Of a DNA stretch of 64,000 nucleotides, positions 1-12,712 are shown one piece after another. This DNA comes from Octopus sinensis (Eukaryota): NCBI RefSeq assembly GCF_006345805.1, contig NC_043007.1, positions 33,604,001-33,668,000 on the forward strand, in the 5' to 3' direction. The notes beneath the pieces were generated by a model. The model worked only from the letters and a program-made list of their open reading frames with translations. It searched no databases and was not told the DNA's origin. Positions within the stretch are counted from its first letter, which is position 1. Each line of letters begins with the position of its first letter. Both the position numbers and the translations under genes were made by a program.

Positions 1-237
1 TAAATTCCGTTTGCTAATTACTCATTCATTTGTTTATTTACTTCAGTATTATTATTATTATTTTTTTAATATCTTGTTTTGCTATCTTCTTTCACCTTTC
101 AAATGTTATCATGTATATATCTTCCTATTCAGTATAAAGTTTTTGTTTATTTTTCTATTGTATGGAAAGTACTTTGCACAATACGCAAGCCATTTCTAAT
201 AACACTTTTATTTCTCTTTGTTTTATATAAATATATA

Positions 238-755
238 GCTTCTGGAGTACCCTATATAATATGCGTGCCATATTTTAACAGTGTTATCTTCTGCTTTGTT
301 TATGTATGTAACTTCTGTTGTACAAAATATAATGTGTGTACCATGCCTATTCATAAGGGTTTGATGTATGCTTTATTTATGTAACTTCTGAAGTACCCTT
401 TGTAAGATACCTGTCGTGTCTAAAACTACTGTGATTTATTTGTTACTTTGTTTTTAATATACGTTTGTAACTCCTGGGGTACCCTACATAAAATGTACTC
501 AATGTCTAGTAACATTGTTTTCTAAAATATGGGTATTTGTTTGTTGGCTTTGTTTCAGTATCAGACTTAATAAATCAAGTACTTGTTGAGACAAGTCCTT
601 CTAGATCCTTCAAGGTGAAGCCCTAGCATTTCCACAGTCCAACGACAAACAGATAAAATGTAAATCCTGTGGTGCTGTGTGTTGTATGTGTACAGTACCC
701 AGTAGTGCTGATATTTTAATTATATTTTTGATATGTGTAAGTCTTGAGATCCCAG
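238..755. repeat. Highly diverged ~70-86 bp tandem repeat
   Basis: Anchor TGTAACTTCTG(G/A)AGTACC-like motif recurs at ~238, 308, 380, 466, 659 and 737. A SINE-tail fragment interrupts the array at ~570-655. Confidence 0.5.
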
Positions 756-794
756 CATATCAGGCTGTCTTTGGATAGACCCAGTAATGTATTG

Positions 795-1020
795 GTTTGG
801 CAGAAGCGTTTGCACGCTGGGCGAAATGCTTTGTGGTATTTCGTCTGCCTATACATTCTGAGTTCAAATTCCGCTAGGTTGACTTTGCCTTTCATCCTTT
901 CAGGGTTGATTAGATAAGTACCAGTTACGCAATGTGGTCGATATAATCGATTTAATCAGTTCGTCTATCCTAGTTTGTCCTTGCTGCGTTTAGCCCCTTG
1001 TGGGTAGTAAAAAAAATAGG
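795..1020 (+). mobile_element. SINE family B (tRNA-like head, Meta-like central domain)
   Basis: TGGCAGAA..GTTCAAATTCC pol III A/B-like boxes, then GACTTTGCCTTTCATCCTTTC.GGG..GAT...AAGTACCAG and the tail TAGCCCCTTGTGGGTAGTAAA. Many other copies in the window. Confidence 0.85.
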
Positions 1021-1148
1021 TTTTTCTTTGAGAAGAATTTGTAAATTCTTCAATCAGCTTTTCCTTATTTTTGGAGAAGGAGACGCATTATGTGGACTCC
1101 AATGAACCTCACCACAGTGTGGCATAGCAGATTCTAAGACAAAGAAAT

Positions 1149-1179
<31 letters not shown>

Positions 1180-1532
1180 TAAACAGACAGACAAATAAAT
1201 ACACAAACAGATAGACAGACAGACAGACAGACTGGGATGATAAATGGAGAGAAAAAAATAGAGAGAGTGAGAGAAGCAGAGATAGTTAGTGTAATTGATT
1301 TGACCTCCATCCTCAAAGCTGCCAGCCACATGCCAAAATTAAGAAAAATTATTATTGTTGTTGTTGTTGTTGTTGTTGTTGTTATCTGTAATTGATGTTG
1401 CCTACTCATTTGACATACTGTTAGTTTAAAACGATGGAAAGAAAGTGTACATGTACAATCTGCTTTAAATGCAAGACAGTCCAAATGTAGAAAATGGAAA
1501 AGGTACAAACAGAGCCAATTATTGTGGGGACT

Positions 1533-1891
1533 TTACTCTTTTACTCTTTTACTTGTTTCAGTCATTTGACTGCGGCCATGCTGGAGCACCGCCTTTAGTC
1601 GAGTAACTCGACCCCGGGACTTATTCTTTGTAAGCCCAGTACTTATTCTATCTATATATATATATATATGTATCGGCTTTTGCCTTTCCCTTGGATAACA
1701 CTGGTGGCATGGAGAGAGGAGGCTGGTATGCATGGGCGACTGCTGGTCTTCCATAAACAACCTTGCCCGGTCTTGCGCCTGGGAGGGTAACTTTCTAGGA
1801 GCAATCCCATGGTCACTCATTTTGCCGAACCGCTAAGTGACGGGGACATAAACACACCAGCATCGGGTGTCAAGCAATGCTAGGGGGACAA

Positions 1892-1928
<37 letters not shown>

Positions 1929-2091
1929 CATATATACGATGGGCTTCTTTCAGTTTCCGTCTACCAAATCCCCTCACAAGGCATTGGTCGGCCCGGGGCT
2001 ATAGCAGAAGACACTTGCCCAACATATCACACAGTGGGACTGAACCCGGAACCATGTGGTTGGTTAGCAAGCTACTTACCACACAGCCACG
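1533..2091 (-). mobile_element. SINE family A (tRNA-derived, CORE-like), interrupted by (TA)n plus a family C tail fragment at ~1655-1820
   Basis: Minus strand reads GTGGCTGTGTGGTAAG..GGTTCAGTCCCACTG..TTGGGCAAGTGTCTTC, with tail GCGGTGCTCCAGCATGGCCGCAGTCAAATGACTGAAACAAGTAAAAGAG. Confidence 0.88.
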
Positions 2092-2167
2092 AGCCAGTAT
2101 CAAAAGATATCGAGAGGGACATGAAGAAAATGGGAAAAGGGTTTCCAGTAGAGATGTAAAATGTTTG

Positions 2168-2307
2168 CTTCCTTTCCATCTACCAAATCCACTCACAAGG
2201 CTTTTGGTCGGCACAAGGCTATAGTAGAAGACACTTGCCCAAAGTGCCATGCAGTGGGACTGAACCTGGAACCATGTGGTTGGTAAGCAAGCTACTTACC
2301 ACACAGC
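2168..2307 (-). mobile_element. SINE family A, 5' part
   Basis: Matches the head and CORE-like segment of the copies at 25525 and 31311. Confidence 0.85.
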
Positions 2308-2324
2308 TTTTTTATTTTTTTGAG

Positions 2325-2667
2325 TTCCTCCCTTTTTGATTAACCCAATCCTCTCATTACAACCAGTTGGAGGATTAGTCTAAATCCTGAGAGTGATCAT
2401 ATTCCATATTCTGAAGAACTCAATCTCAAGGTCCCTATACTTTGACAGATTTTCAGTGAAATTAATGGAAGCATTATGGTCTGCTGGTATTTTCATCAAT
2501 CAGCATACAAATGTTTAATTATGATGTCTGGCCTGTATGCTTTGATTTCCATCCATATGTCTTCCCAAGCATATCTCATAGAATGATAACATTATCATTC
2601 TTGATAAACTGTTTCTGGGTTGTAGTCATACCAATTTCCAGAGACACTGATGTTATATTCCCGCCAG

Positions 2668-2668
<1 letters not shown>
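2325..2668 (-). pseudogene. Degenerate R4/Dong-like non-LTR retrotransposon fragment (restriction-like endonuclease region)
   Basis: Minus-strand pieces WYDYNPETV, IKAYRPDIII, KYRDLEIE and GLIKKG parallel the 42.5 kb copy. Frameshifted; abuts (TAA)n. Confidence 0.7.
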
Positions 2669-2718
<50 letters not shown>

Positions 2719-2735
2719 TCATTATTATTATTATT

Positions 2736-2767
<32 letters not shown>

Positions 2768-2789
2768 TGTTATTGTTATTATTATTATT

Positions 2790-3337
2790 GAGTGGAGAGC
2801 AGTTCATGCCATCAAAGTGACACTGGGGTAAAATATACGAAGCCCAATATACCCATCATGACTACCCGTCTGATAAAGGTACACCAGGCACATGCATCAC
2901 AACCATATGTGCGCGACATGGTGATCTCATATCAAGATAAACAGCACATGACCTTGCAGGTGGGGCCCAGTTGAATTTCTTCAGGTTGAGTAGCCCATCC
3001 CGCTCAAACGGTCCCCGAATAAAGGTTGTTTAAGGATGTTGAAAGAACCACCCATGTTTCCAGAGGTGAACTATTCAAACCCCAAAGCATCCCTCTCAAC
3101 ATGGCTATGATGCTCCCCCACTACTTCTGCTCGTGATCAGAGATGCACATATCGTCAGCCACTAAGGGACATGCTCAACTGGTTAAGGTCAAACAACTGA
3201 CAAGCAAATCTGTGGTATTGAGCAGAAATTTTCTGTAGCCCCTCTTTTATACCAAGACAAAACAATGTACATGATAACACTTCCAATCAGTTAAGATCAG
3301 AAGCCATGAGAGCCACTGCCTGGTACTGCATCAGGGC

Positions 3338-3340
<3 letters not shown>
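2790..3340 (-). mobile_element. ~550 bp ORF-less dispersed repeat inserted in (ATT)n
   Basis: Flanked on both sides by (ATT)n. A diverged partial copy lies in the opposite orientation at 33745-34070. Strand assignment is tentative. Confidence 0.7.
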
Positions 3341-3375
<35 letters not shown>

Positions 3376-4009
3376 TATTATTGCTATTATTGCTGCCACT
3401 GCTGCTGCTCTGCCACAACCCCCACCACCATTTCCTCATCTTCTTCCTCCTCCTCCATCTCATGAAAAAATGGTTTATTTGTTTCTGTGATTTATAAGAG
3501 ATAACATTTTTTAATTATGAAAATACAAAAAAAAAGTGAATAAACATTAATTAGTTATTTAATCAACTTAATTGTGGATCATAATCATTGATAGCCATGC
3601 AACAAAGAAATTCACTTTTCTATCAAGTGATTCCAGGTTTGATTCCACTGTGTGGGACCTTTGGCAAGTCTCTTCCTTCAGTGACTCTGACTGGACCATG
3701 AGTCATAAACAGATTTAGGTAGATGGAAACTAAACAGGATCCTGTTCGGATGACCTGTATCCCTTCTTGAGTGACAGACTTAAACCCTCCCTCAGCTTAA
3801 GATCCCTATCTAGCTCTTAGGTCAAGGCCTATAAGAAGGCATAGATTTAGCCAGTATAAAATTCTAGGGCCCAAAGGGCCAAGGAAGAAGTCATAATTAT
3901 GTTCCTGACCACCCTCTTAAAAAAAGCAGAATAAAAATTTTACAAGTCCATTTTAATTTTAAGATGACCCTCTAGAGTTCAAAAACAGTCTTTTTCTATT
4001 TTTAGTCTT

Positions 4010-4412
4010 TTATTTTTTTATTACAGTCATTTGACTGTGGTCATGCTAGAGCACTGCCTTTAGTCAAACACATCAACCCCAGGACTTATTCTTTGTAAGC
4101 TTAGTTGGTACTTATTCTTTCAGTCTCTTTGCCGAACTGCTAAGTTATGGCGACATAGACACACCAGCATCAGTTGTCAAGTGATGGTGGTGGGATAAAC
4201 ACAGACACAGAAACAAACACACACACACACACACAGACACTCACACACATATATATATACACGACAGGATTCTTTCAGTTTCCGTCTATCAAATCCATTC
4301 AAAAGGCTTTGGTCAGCCTGAGGCTATAGTAGAAAACACTTGCCCAAGGTGCCATGCAGCGGGACTGAACCCAGAACCATGTGGTTGGTAAGCAAGCGTC
4401 TTACCACACAGC
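4010..4412 (-). mobile_element. SINE family A, near full length
   Basis: Head, CORE-like region, internal (CA)/(TA) tract and tail all match other copies. An additional head fragment lies at 4497-4566. Confidence 0.85.
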
Positions 4413-4601
4413 TTTTTTTTTTTGAGTTTCTACCTTTTTGATTAACCCAATCCTCTCATTACAACCAGTTGGAGGATGAGCCTAAATCCTGAGAGTCCAC
4501 GCAGCTGGACTGAAATTGGAACTATGTGGTTGGTAAGCAAGCTATTAACCACACAGCCACTCCTGTGTTAATTTTCTCTTCAGAGACTTGATTTAAGTGC
4601 T

Positions 4602-4842
4602 TTAACCCATTTCTTACCATATTTCAGTTGAAATACACTAGTTTTGTTTTTAATAAATTTTGAAAAATAATGAAGAATTTAGTGAAATAAACTTTAGTAA
4701 ATTAACATTATTAAGATAGCATTTGGAACATAAATTAATATGACATTTAGATGGAATATTCTTATTTAGGTCACTTTAAATCAGGAAGTTTGTATCATAC
4801 AACCAGGAATAATCTTAGGTGGTTTGGTAACAGAGGGATTAA
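4602..4842. mobile_element. piggyBac-like non-autonomous element (MITE)
   Basis: TTAA at both ends; imperfect TIRs CCCATTTCTTACCA / TGGTAACAGAGGGA. Confidence 0.5.
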
Positions 4843-7343
4843 GCAGAGGCCATTGAAACCATGCCTCTGGTATGAGAATATCTCAATATTTTGTTGTGCT
4901 ATTTCCGCCTGAAATCAACCCGAGAATTGAGGTATATTATTCTTGTGTTTTTTTTCCCTAGACTTTCAGATGCCCTTCACAAAGGTCATGGCTGACACAC
5001 TTCCTCCTCTGACAAAGCCACACCATATAGTAAATGATAATAATAATAATTATAAGCTTATAATGGTGCTGATCTTTGTTTGAGTCCTTAGGCAGTCCAT
5101 ATTGATCTTCTTAGATTAGTGAAAATAATTTGTATGAAATAGGAGAACAGACACAGATATCATATATGCTGTTTAACCTCTTCATGCTTGTTTGTTGGTT
5201 TTTTTTTTTATCGTATGCTATTTATTTACATAAGTCTCCAGGAGAAAACTTGAGCTGGTTAAAGGTCAGCAAAATAAAATATCAACAGAAATCTACTGAA
5301 GTAATGAGGGAGACTCCAAGAAATTGCTGAACCTGTGATGGGAAATGTCAACTAAATCTCCCTTAAATCACATCAAACCATTTTGAAAGAGAAAAAATAG
5401 GAGAACATATCAAGTAATGTAATTGTAAATATTACACCATGTCAGCAAAACAAAATGGTCATGGGTGGAAAGCTTTTGATTATTGATTATGGATTTGATG
5501 TTTTATTCTATGTCTTTTGTCTTTTACCAGGGACAAAACAGCAAGGATGATGACTATATTATTAGATGAGCTCATGTGGGGACCCATATGTGACTCTACA
5601 ATTGGCTAGAAATACCTGCTAAATTCCCTTTGGACCACATCCTACTGTCTAAAATTTAAAAGGCAAAGACACATTAGAAAATGTAATCTTAGATACACTA
5701 AGTCTGATCATGAAGAAAATGCCTTAATCACAGTCGGAATGTCTTTTGGTGATTGTTCTGCTTGACTGAAGTCAAAATTCATCATCGTCATCATCGTCAT
5801 TGTTGTCGTCATCATTTTCATCATCAATTTGGTCCAATCAAGCAGAACTTTCATCAAAAATATTCCAGCACAGCTGTAATTAATTACGAAGATGTACTTG
5901 CATAGCAAGTGATTTGATCTGAGATCGTGTGCTGCAACGAAAACAATTGCAGCGTGGAAGGTGTTTGTAAGCCATTTAAGAAACACACAAAAGCCGTTCG
6001 ATTCACTTCAACATTTAAGTTTAATTTGTCAAAATATTTTCGTCGCTTTACGACCGCGACCTGTTCACTGACAAAAGTCCGTGCTGCATCTGACATTAAT
6101 TACATATTCAATAAAAAAAAAAACTACTACTACTACTACTAGCCAATAAAGAAACTTCTATTCAGTCATTGTAGCATCTAAATCTCCCTAAAATCACACT
6201 CTTTTAAAGAGAAAAAAATAATAGTACGTATCAGATTGCTTAATCCATGATACAAGGAATTCAAAACTTTAGACAGAATGGTCACAGTTGAAAACGTCTT
6301 TGATCATAGATTTCTTTGACTGGAACTGACATGATATACAAATCAACAACAACTAACACTACTATAATGGCCTCTGTTCCTCAGAGCTGGTCATATATCT
6401 CTACCAGTTGGGCAGTTCCAAAACTAATTGTTTCTTCGACTCTCATTACACTTGTTGCATCCAACCTTTTGCCCCTGCATGAACCATTTTTTCCCAGTCC
6501 TTTCAACCCAGAACAAATGTCTTCTGGAATCTTCCCCCTGCTCATATGTCTTGTCCCATAAGTATTGACCTCTAACGGTTTCAAAGGAGCATTGAACTTT
6601 AATGAGGTCATTAGTCTATGATAACCTTCAAATGTCATAAACTCTGTTGTTACCCACCAAAATCAAAAAGTGAAAAAAAAAAAAAAAACTTCTGCAGCTA
6701 CAAAAATAAATATAATAAAAATAAAATAAAATAATTTTTTTTTTTTTCTATTTCAACAGGTTTATTGTAAAATTTTTAGAACTATCATTTCTTAGCTTAG
6801 CAAGAAATGTATAACAAAATTAAAAAAAAAAAAAAAATTAGGATTAGGAAAAGGGAAGGATGAAGGGGTGGGGGTAATTATGTCATCAATTTCCTTTTCC
6901 TCTTCCTGTTCCCTTTTCTCCTCCTTTTCATCATCATCATTATTATGATCACAGCATCAATATCCTAATCATTATCATCATTGTCCTCCTCCCATTCTCC
7001 TCCTTCTCCTCACCTCATCATCATCATCATCATCAACATGGAAGCAATGACATGATAGTGATGATGATGATGATGAGGTTCACAAAATCTAAAACTGAAT
7101 TAACTGAACTGAATCTGACTGGCGTCTATTTGATTCTTCAAAATGTATTTATACACTTCAGGTTCATCTTACCCCTTACACTGACATACAACACTATGTT
7201 GTGTATTACACACACATATGCAGACTTACACACACACTACATGCACATTCACACTTATATATGTATATATGCATTGAGGAAGAGAGTGGGATGGATAGAT
7301 ATGTATGTGCATGTGTGTGAATATATATGTATATATAAGTGTG

Positions 7344-7374
<31 letters not shown>

Positions 7375-7554
7375 AGATATATATATGTATATATACATAC
7401 ATAGATGCATGCATATATACATACATATATATACATATACATATGCATAATATATATATATATATAGACATATATATGTATATATACATACATATATATA
7501 CATATACATATGCATAAAATATATATATATATACATATGCATATATACATAATA

Positions 7555-7875
7555 AGACACCTGTGCCGGTGGCACATAAAAAGCACCGTCCGAACGTGGC
7601 AGATGCCAGTGCCACCTGGCTGGCATCCGTGTCGGTGACACGTAAAAGCACCAACTGATCACGGCCGTTTGCTAGCCTCGTCTGGCCCCTGTGCTGGTGG
7701 CATGTAAAAAATACCCACTACACTCACGGAGTGGTTGGCGTTAGGAAAGGCATCCAGCTGTAGAAACACTGCTAAACCAAACTGGAGCCTGGTGCAGTCT
7801 CCATGGCTTACCAGACCCTGGTCGAACCACCCAACCCATGCTAGCATGGAAAACGGACGTTAAATGATGATGATA
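7555..7875 (+). mobile_element. SINE-like family D (internal GTGCCGGTGGCACGTAAAAAGCACC repeats, (GAT)n tail)
   Basis: Contains GGAGTGGTTGGCGTTAGGAAAGGCATCCAGCTG and ends CCCATGCTAGCATGGAAAACGGACGTTAAATGATGATGAT. At least 6 other copies in the window. Confidence 0.85.
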
Positions 7876-8287
7876 TATATATATATTTCACTTAGGCATA
7901 GTAAACTCACTGTTAGAACTCAATATACATCTGCTTAAAAAAACATTAGTCGAGTACAGAGCATAATAAGATATCAAAGGTATTAAAGATATTAAAGGTA
8001 TCACACAGTGAGAGTGAACCCGGAACCACGTGGATGAGTAGCATGCTTCTTATCAGACAACCACATATATGTATATATGTATGTATATATGTACTTGTGT
8101 GTGTGTGTGTGTCTGTGTGTGTATGTGTGTAGGTTTGTGTAGTATGCATGTGTATACTGTGCACTACACAACACACACAGACATATGGCTCAGATAAGCA
8201 ATAAGAAACCGTCTATATGATCTTCCAGTCTACCAGAAACAGAAGCTAAATACCCACCTCAATTCCCAACATGCTGTCATAGGAAAT

Positions 8288-8319
<32 letters not shown>

Positions 8320-8335
8320 GCGCATACAATTAAAC

Positions 8336-8373
<38 letters not shown>

Positions 8374-9689
8374 TATATACACACATCTACTTAATGTCTA
8401 CACATGTCTACTTAGTGTATTTTTATTTTGTACCTGTGTCAAGTAGCTGGCTCAGTTTCATTGTAAATATATGTTAATGTATGTTAATGTTATGCACAAC
8501 AAGCAAGTAGGTGTGCTAGTGAAGAGACGGAAGCAGATATCAGACAGAAATAGATTCAAATGAGTATGTCAAACGCTGGCGTAGAGAAGGAGAAATGAGA
8601 TGTGCATGAGAATGGCCGGGGGGTGGGGGTGGGAATTAGATGAGGAGGTGGGGAAGGGAAAGATTGAAGATGGAAGATGGCATCCCTTATGATGATGGTC
8701 ATGACGGTGATGATGATAATGATGTTAGTGGTGACAGTTATCGCAGTAATGGTAACGATGGTGATGATGATGAAAATGATGAAGATAAAGATGATCTGGT
8801 AATGACAATGACAATGATAACGGTAGTGATGGTGATGGTGATGACGAGGACAATGATGATGATGATGATGATGATGTGTGGGAGTGTCATACATGTATTT
8901 TTCTGTTTCTAAGTGTATTTTGTAGGGCAAGTGTATGAGATTTGTTATGTTTATCTGTGTGTGTGTGTGTGTGTGTGTATGTGTGTGTGTGTGTGTGTCA
9001 GTATGTGTGTATGTGCATATGTGTGTGTGTGCATATGTGTGTGTGTGTGTGTCAGTATGTGTGTATGTGCATATGTGTGTGTGTGTGCATATATGTGTGT
9101 GTGTCAGTATGTGTGTATGTGCATATGTGTGTGTGTGCATGTGTGTGTGAGAATGTCTGTGTGTGAATATGTGTGTGTGTGTGTGAATGAGAGAGAGAGA
9201 GAGAGACAGACAGACAGAGACAGAGAGGGAGAGAGAATGTGTGCAGACTTGAACATTTGTGTGCCAACAGAGACGTCTGGTGCAGTAGAAACCACTTATT
9301 CAAGGTGCCATGCAGTTGGACTGAACCCAAAACCATGTAGCTGGGAAGCAACATGAGTTACATTTCACAGCTAAATAATTTATTACTGAGAACGTCCTTA
9401 ATTATGACAACAGGCAAAATTCATTTACTTGATTAAATCATACTGCAGTATAAAAATTGTGAGGTAAACTTCATACCTTATGTAAATACCTTGATAGAAT
9501 GGTTTAACAGATGACTGTCTTATAAAGTATCTTACACATATCCTTGTTATTCCAGGTCTGAATAAGAGCATGTCATTGATGGAGTTAAAAATGGTGACAA
9601 AAGGACTCAGACAAGCCTTAATTAACTGAATAATTAACTGAAAATGTATCAATTAATTGGTTAACTGATTAACTAGTTTGACTGACAAT

Positions 9690-9906
9690 AATTCTGTCTA
9701 CTATAGGTACAAGCCCTGAAACTTTGAGGAAGGGGGCTAGTCGATTACATCACCCCCAGTGCATAACTAGTACTTATTTCATTGACCCTGAAAGGATGAC
9801 AGGTAATGTTGACTTCAGTGGAATTTGAACTCAGAACATAGGGACAGGCGAAATGCCCCTAAGTATTTTACTCAGCATGCTAAAAATTTTGCTAGCTCAC
9901 CGCCTT
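9690..9906 (-). mobile_element. SINE family B, (ATT)-tail variant, diverged
   Basis: GAATTTGAACTCAGAAC and GAAAGGATGA motifs; tail CTACTATAGGTACAAGCCCTGAAA. Confidence 0.75.
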
Positions 9907-10454
9907 TGACTGACGATAATAGATGAAAGGAAGTGGAACCAGTGTGTATGTGTGGTTTATTGGCATAATGACTTTCAAATGGTACATTAAAATATGCTTC
10001 AACAAATGATTTCATGCCAAGAATCCTGCAACCTGAATGATAGAATGTAATAATTTAGATGTGAATATTCAAGCTTTTTCATTTCTAATAATGAGGTTAA
10101 TAATTCAAAGAATTGTGATCAGAGGTCACAATCAAGAAAATATGCACAGTGGCAATAAACCTTAGTTCGCAATAAGTAAGCTGTTCATAATGTGAAATAT
10201 GTATAAATACATGCATATTTATATGTATCTCATCGTCATCTTTATCATCCATCCATCATAATCTATCATCATCTAGAAAGAGAGAAAGGGAGAGAGAGGG
10301 GGAGGGAAGAAGAGAGAGTCTAGGAACAAGGTCTGCATGAGTGACAGAGAGTGGAGTGGCATAGAGGAACAGAAAAAGTGGACGTGTGGGTAAGTGTGCT
10401 AGAAGAAGAATAGTATGACAGATGATTAGAGATGCTTAAGTGCATGGATACACA

Positions 10455-10493
<39 letters not shown>

Positions 10494-10683
10494 TGGGAAT
10501 TTACGAAAACAAAAAATGAAGACATGTGTGTAGTAAACAACAAACAGGTGTAGTAGTTTAACGCTTGGGAAGGAACACAAGAAAATAAAGAGAGAGAGAA
10601 TAAATAAAGAAGGCTTTAGTAGCTATATATATATCTTATATAGATATATATAGCTAGTATATATATATATATATATTATATAT

Positions 10684-10726
10684 ATCAAATAAGTAACAAG
10701 GATGTCATCCTTGTTACTTATTTGAT
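10684..10726. repeat. Perfect palindrome (21-bp arms) next to (TA)n
   Basis: ATCAAATAAGTAACAAGGATG-T-CATCCTTGTTACTTATTTGAT. Confidence 0.9.
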
Positions 10727-11344
10727 TTTTATTCACTTATTTCAAGGTGTGCAAATATTACTGGACTGATTTGGTGCCTCAACTTAAGTACCTAATTCAA
10801 CACACACACACACACACACACAGACAGACACATATAAGTGTACCTCAAGTTATGTCTTTTGACTTTACATTGGTCTCAAAGTACATTTAACCTCATAAAA
10901 ATGAAAATCACACCTAAAAAACCAATACTTCAGTGGAAAATAAAATAAAATACACGTGAAAATATGTACAAACCATTTATTAACACTAATAAAAACTAAT
11001 CAATTTTAAGAAATGTTCATATTTACAACGTTTATGCTTATTTACATGGTTTTTGGGACTAATAAATTGGCATTCCACAATGAGGTAGATTTGAAGTTGT
11101 ATCAAGAAATTCAAAGATGTTTTTGTGTTTATTGTGTATAAATTTGTGCTTTTTTTCATACATCATGTCTCCCATCAAGAAAGTTCCTGTGGCTAAACCT
11201 TGCCCTGGTGGTCATAAACCTTATGTATTTTCTTTGGCCGATGAATTGACCAATGACTGAATGCTATGTAAAAGGTAGAAAGATGGTAGTAATTGCACAC
11301 ACTAATGGCTTAAGTCAGATAAGGATATTTTTAGCTATTCAAAC

Positions 11345-11720
11345 CATAACCTTGTGGCCTATGCCAGGGATGTAACTAGCCCACTTATGTGTACCTTTCC
11401 TTCATTGGACTCTAAACTCTGCTTGCGAAGACCTGTTGAGGCAAGTAAAATCAAAATTGAAATCAAATTCGATAACTGGCATCTGTGCAAGTGGAGAGCT
11501 AAGAGGTACCATACGAGCATGATTGTTGCCAGAGCAACAAGCTGGCCTCTGTGCTGGTGGCACATAAAAAACACTGTTCGAGCATGATCGTTACCTGCAT
11601 CACCTTACTGGCATTTGTGCTGGTGGCACGTGAAAAAGCATTTGAAAAAGCCTCTGGACTGGCGCCTGTGCAGGTGGCACATAAAAAGCACCATTTGAGC
11701 GTGGCCATTGCCAGTACTCA
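11345..11720 (+). mobile_element. Family D copy retaining extra 5' sequence and 3-4 internal repeats
   Basis: Repeated GTGCTGGTGGCAC(A/G)TAAAAA units at ~11550, 11615 and 11668, preceded by a unique segment at 11345-11450. Confidence 0.65.
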
Positions 11721-11943
11721 ACTGCTACTCATTGGAAAGTGAAGGAAATCAGAACACAATGATTAGACAGCTGGCATGATGAAATAGTACCTTTATTTGT
11801 ATACCCCTAACATTGCCTTAAATGAATTTAAAATATATAGATATATATATACTATATATGTACATACAAATATATAAAAGTTTTTCAGAATGAGATAAAA
11901 ATCGAAGGCTGTGAAAGATTTTAGAACATTTACAAATAGAAGG

Positions 11944-11989
11944 TCTTATAGCTGTTTCCGGGATATTTTATATATCCCTTCATCGGAGA
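11944..11989 (-). ncRNA. Minimal type I hammerhead ribozyme motif (mutated)
   Basis: Minus strand: UCU-CCGAUGA-A-GGGAUAU-auaaa-AUAUCCC-G-GAAAC-AGCU-AUA-AGA. U4C in the core; stem III broken by G>A. Confidence 0.65.
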
Positions 11990-12063
11990 TGGTGTGAGAA
12001 AATGGTTAAGCAATAGTTATTCTAAATAAGAAATTACTATCGCTTAAACATTTTCTCATACTA

Positions 12064-12109
12064 TCTTCAATAAAGGGATATACAAAATATCTCAGAAACA
12101 GCTGTAAGA
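12064..12109 (+). ncRNA. Minimal type I hammerhead ribozyme motif (core decayed)
   Basis: UCU-ucaauaa-A-GGGAUAU-acaaa-AUAUCUC-A-GAAAC-AGCU-GUA-AGA. Palindromic ACAGCUGU stem III is intact; the CUGANGA box is mutated. Confidence 0.6.
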
Positions 12110-12678
12110 CCTATTTATAAATGTTCTAAATTCTTTCACAGCCTTGGATTTTTATCTCATTCTGAAAATTTTTTAATATATACCCATGTTGATATATGAC
12201 CTACGTTGGACTCTTCATTCACAGAGTCACCGAACCTGAAGCTTAACTATAGTTTGACCATAGCACTTATTCAGCATTACCTGACACCTTTGGGTCTTAT
12301 TGATACCATTACCTCTCATAACCTACATATAAATATATATATATAAGCACATACACACACACTCACATATATATATGCACATACAAACACACATGCATAT
12401 CCACACACATAAACACTGTAGTAATATACATATAATGTAATGTGTTAAAGAAGTAAATTTGAGCAAACATATCCACATCATTCTATATAAACCTATTGAA
12501 GAAGACAAGACATTCGTACCAAAGATGACAGCTGTAGTTAGAGTTTTTGCTGCTGTCACTGGTTTTTATATGATTCTGTACATACATACATACATACATA
12601 CATACATACATACATACATACATACATACGTACATACAGACATTCTTATATACATAGATACATACATACATACATACA

Positions 12679-12712
<34 letters not shown>

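Larger units (their letters stand above)
11871..12182. mobile_element. Palindromic (~145-bp arms) Penelope-like pseudo-LTR remnant in a (TA)n context
   Basis: TTTTCAGAATGAGATAAAAATC...GATTTTTATCTCATTCTGAAAA with reverse-complement arms throughout. Each arm carries a hammerhead motif. Confidence 0.8.
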
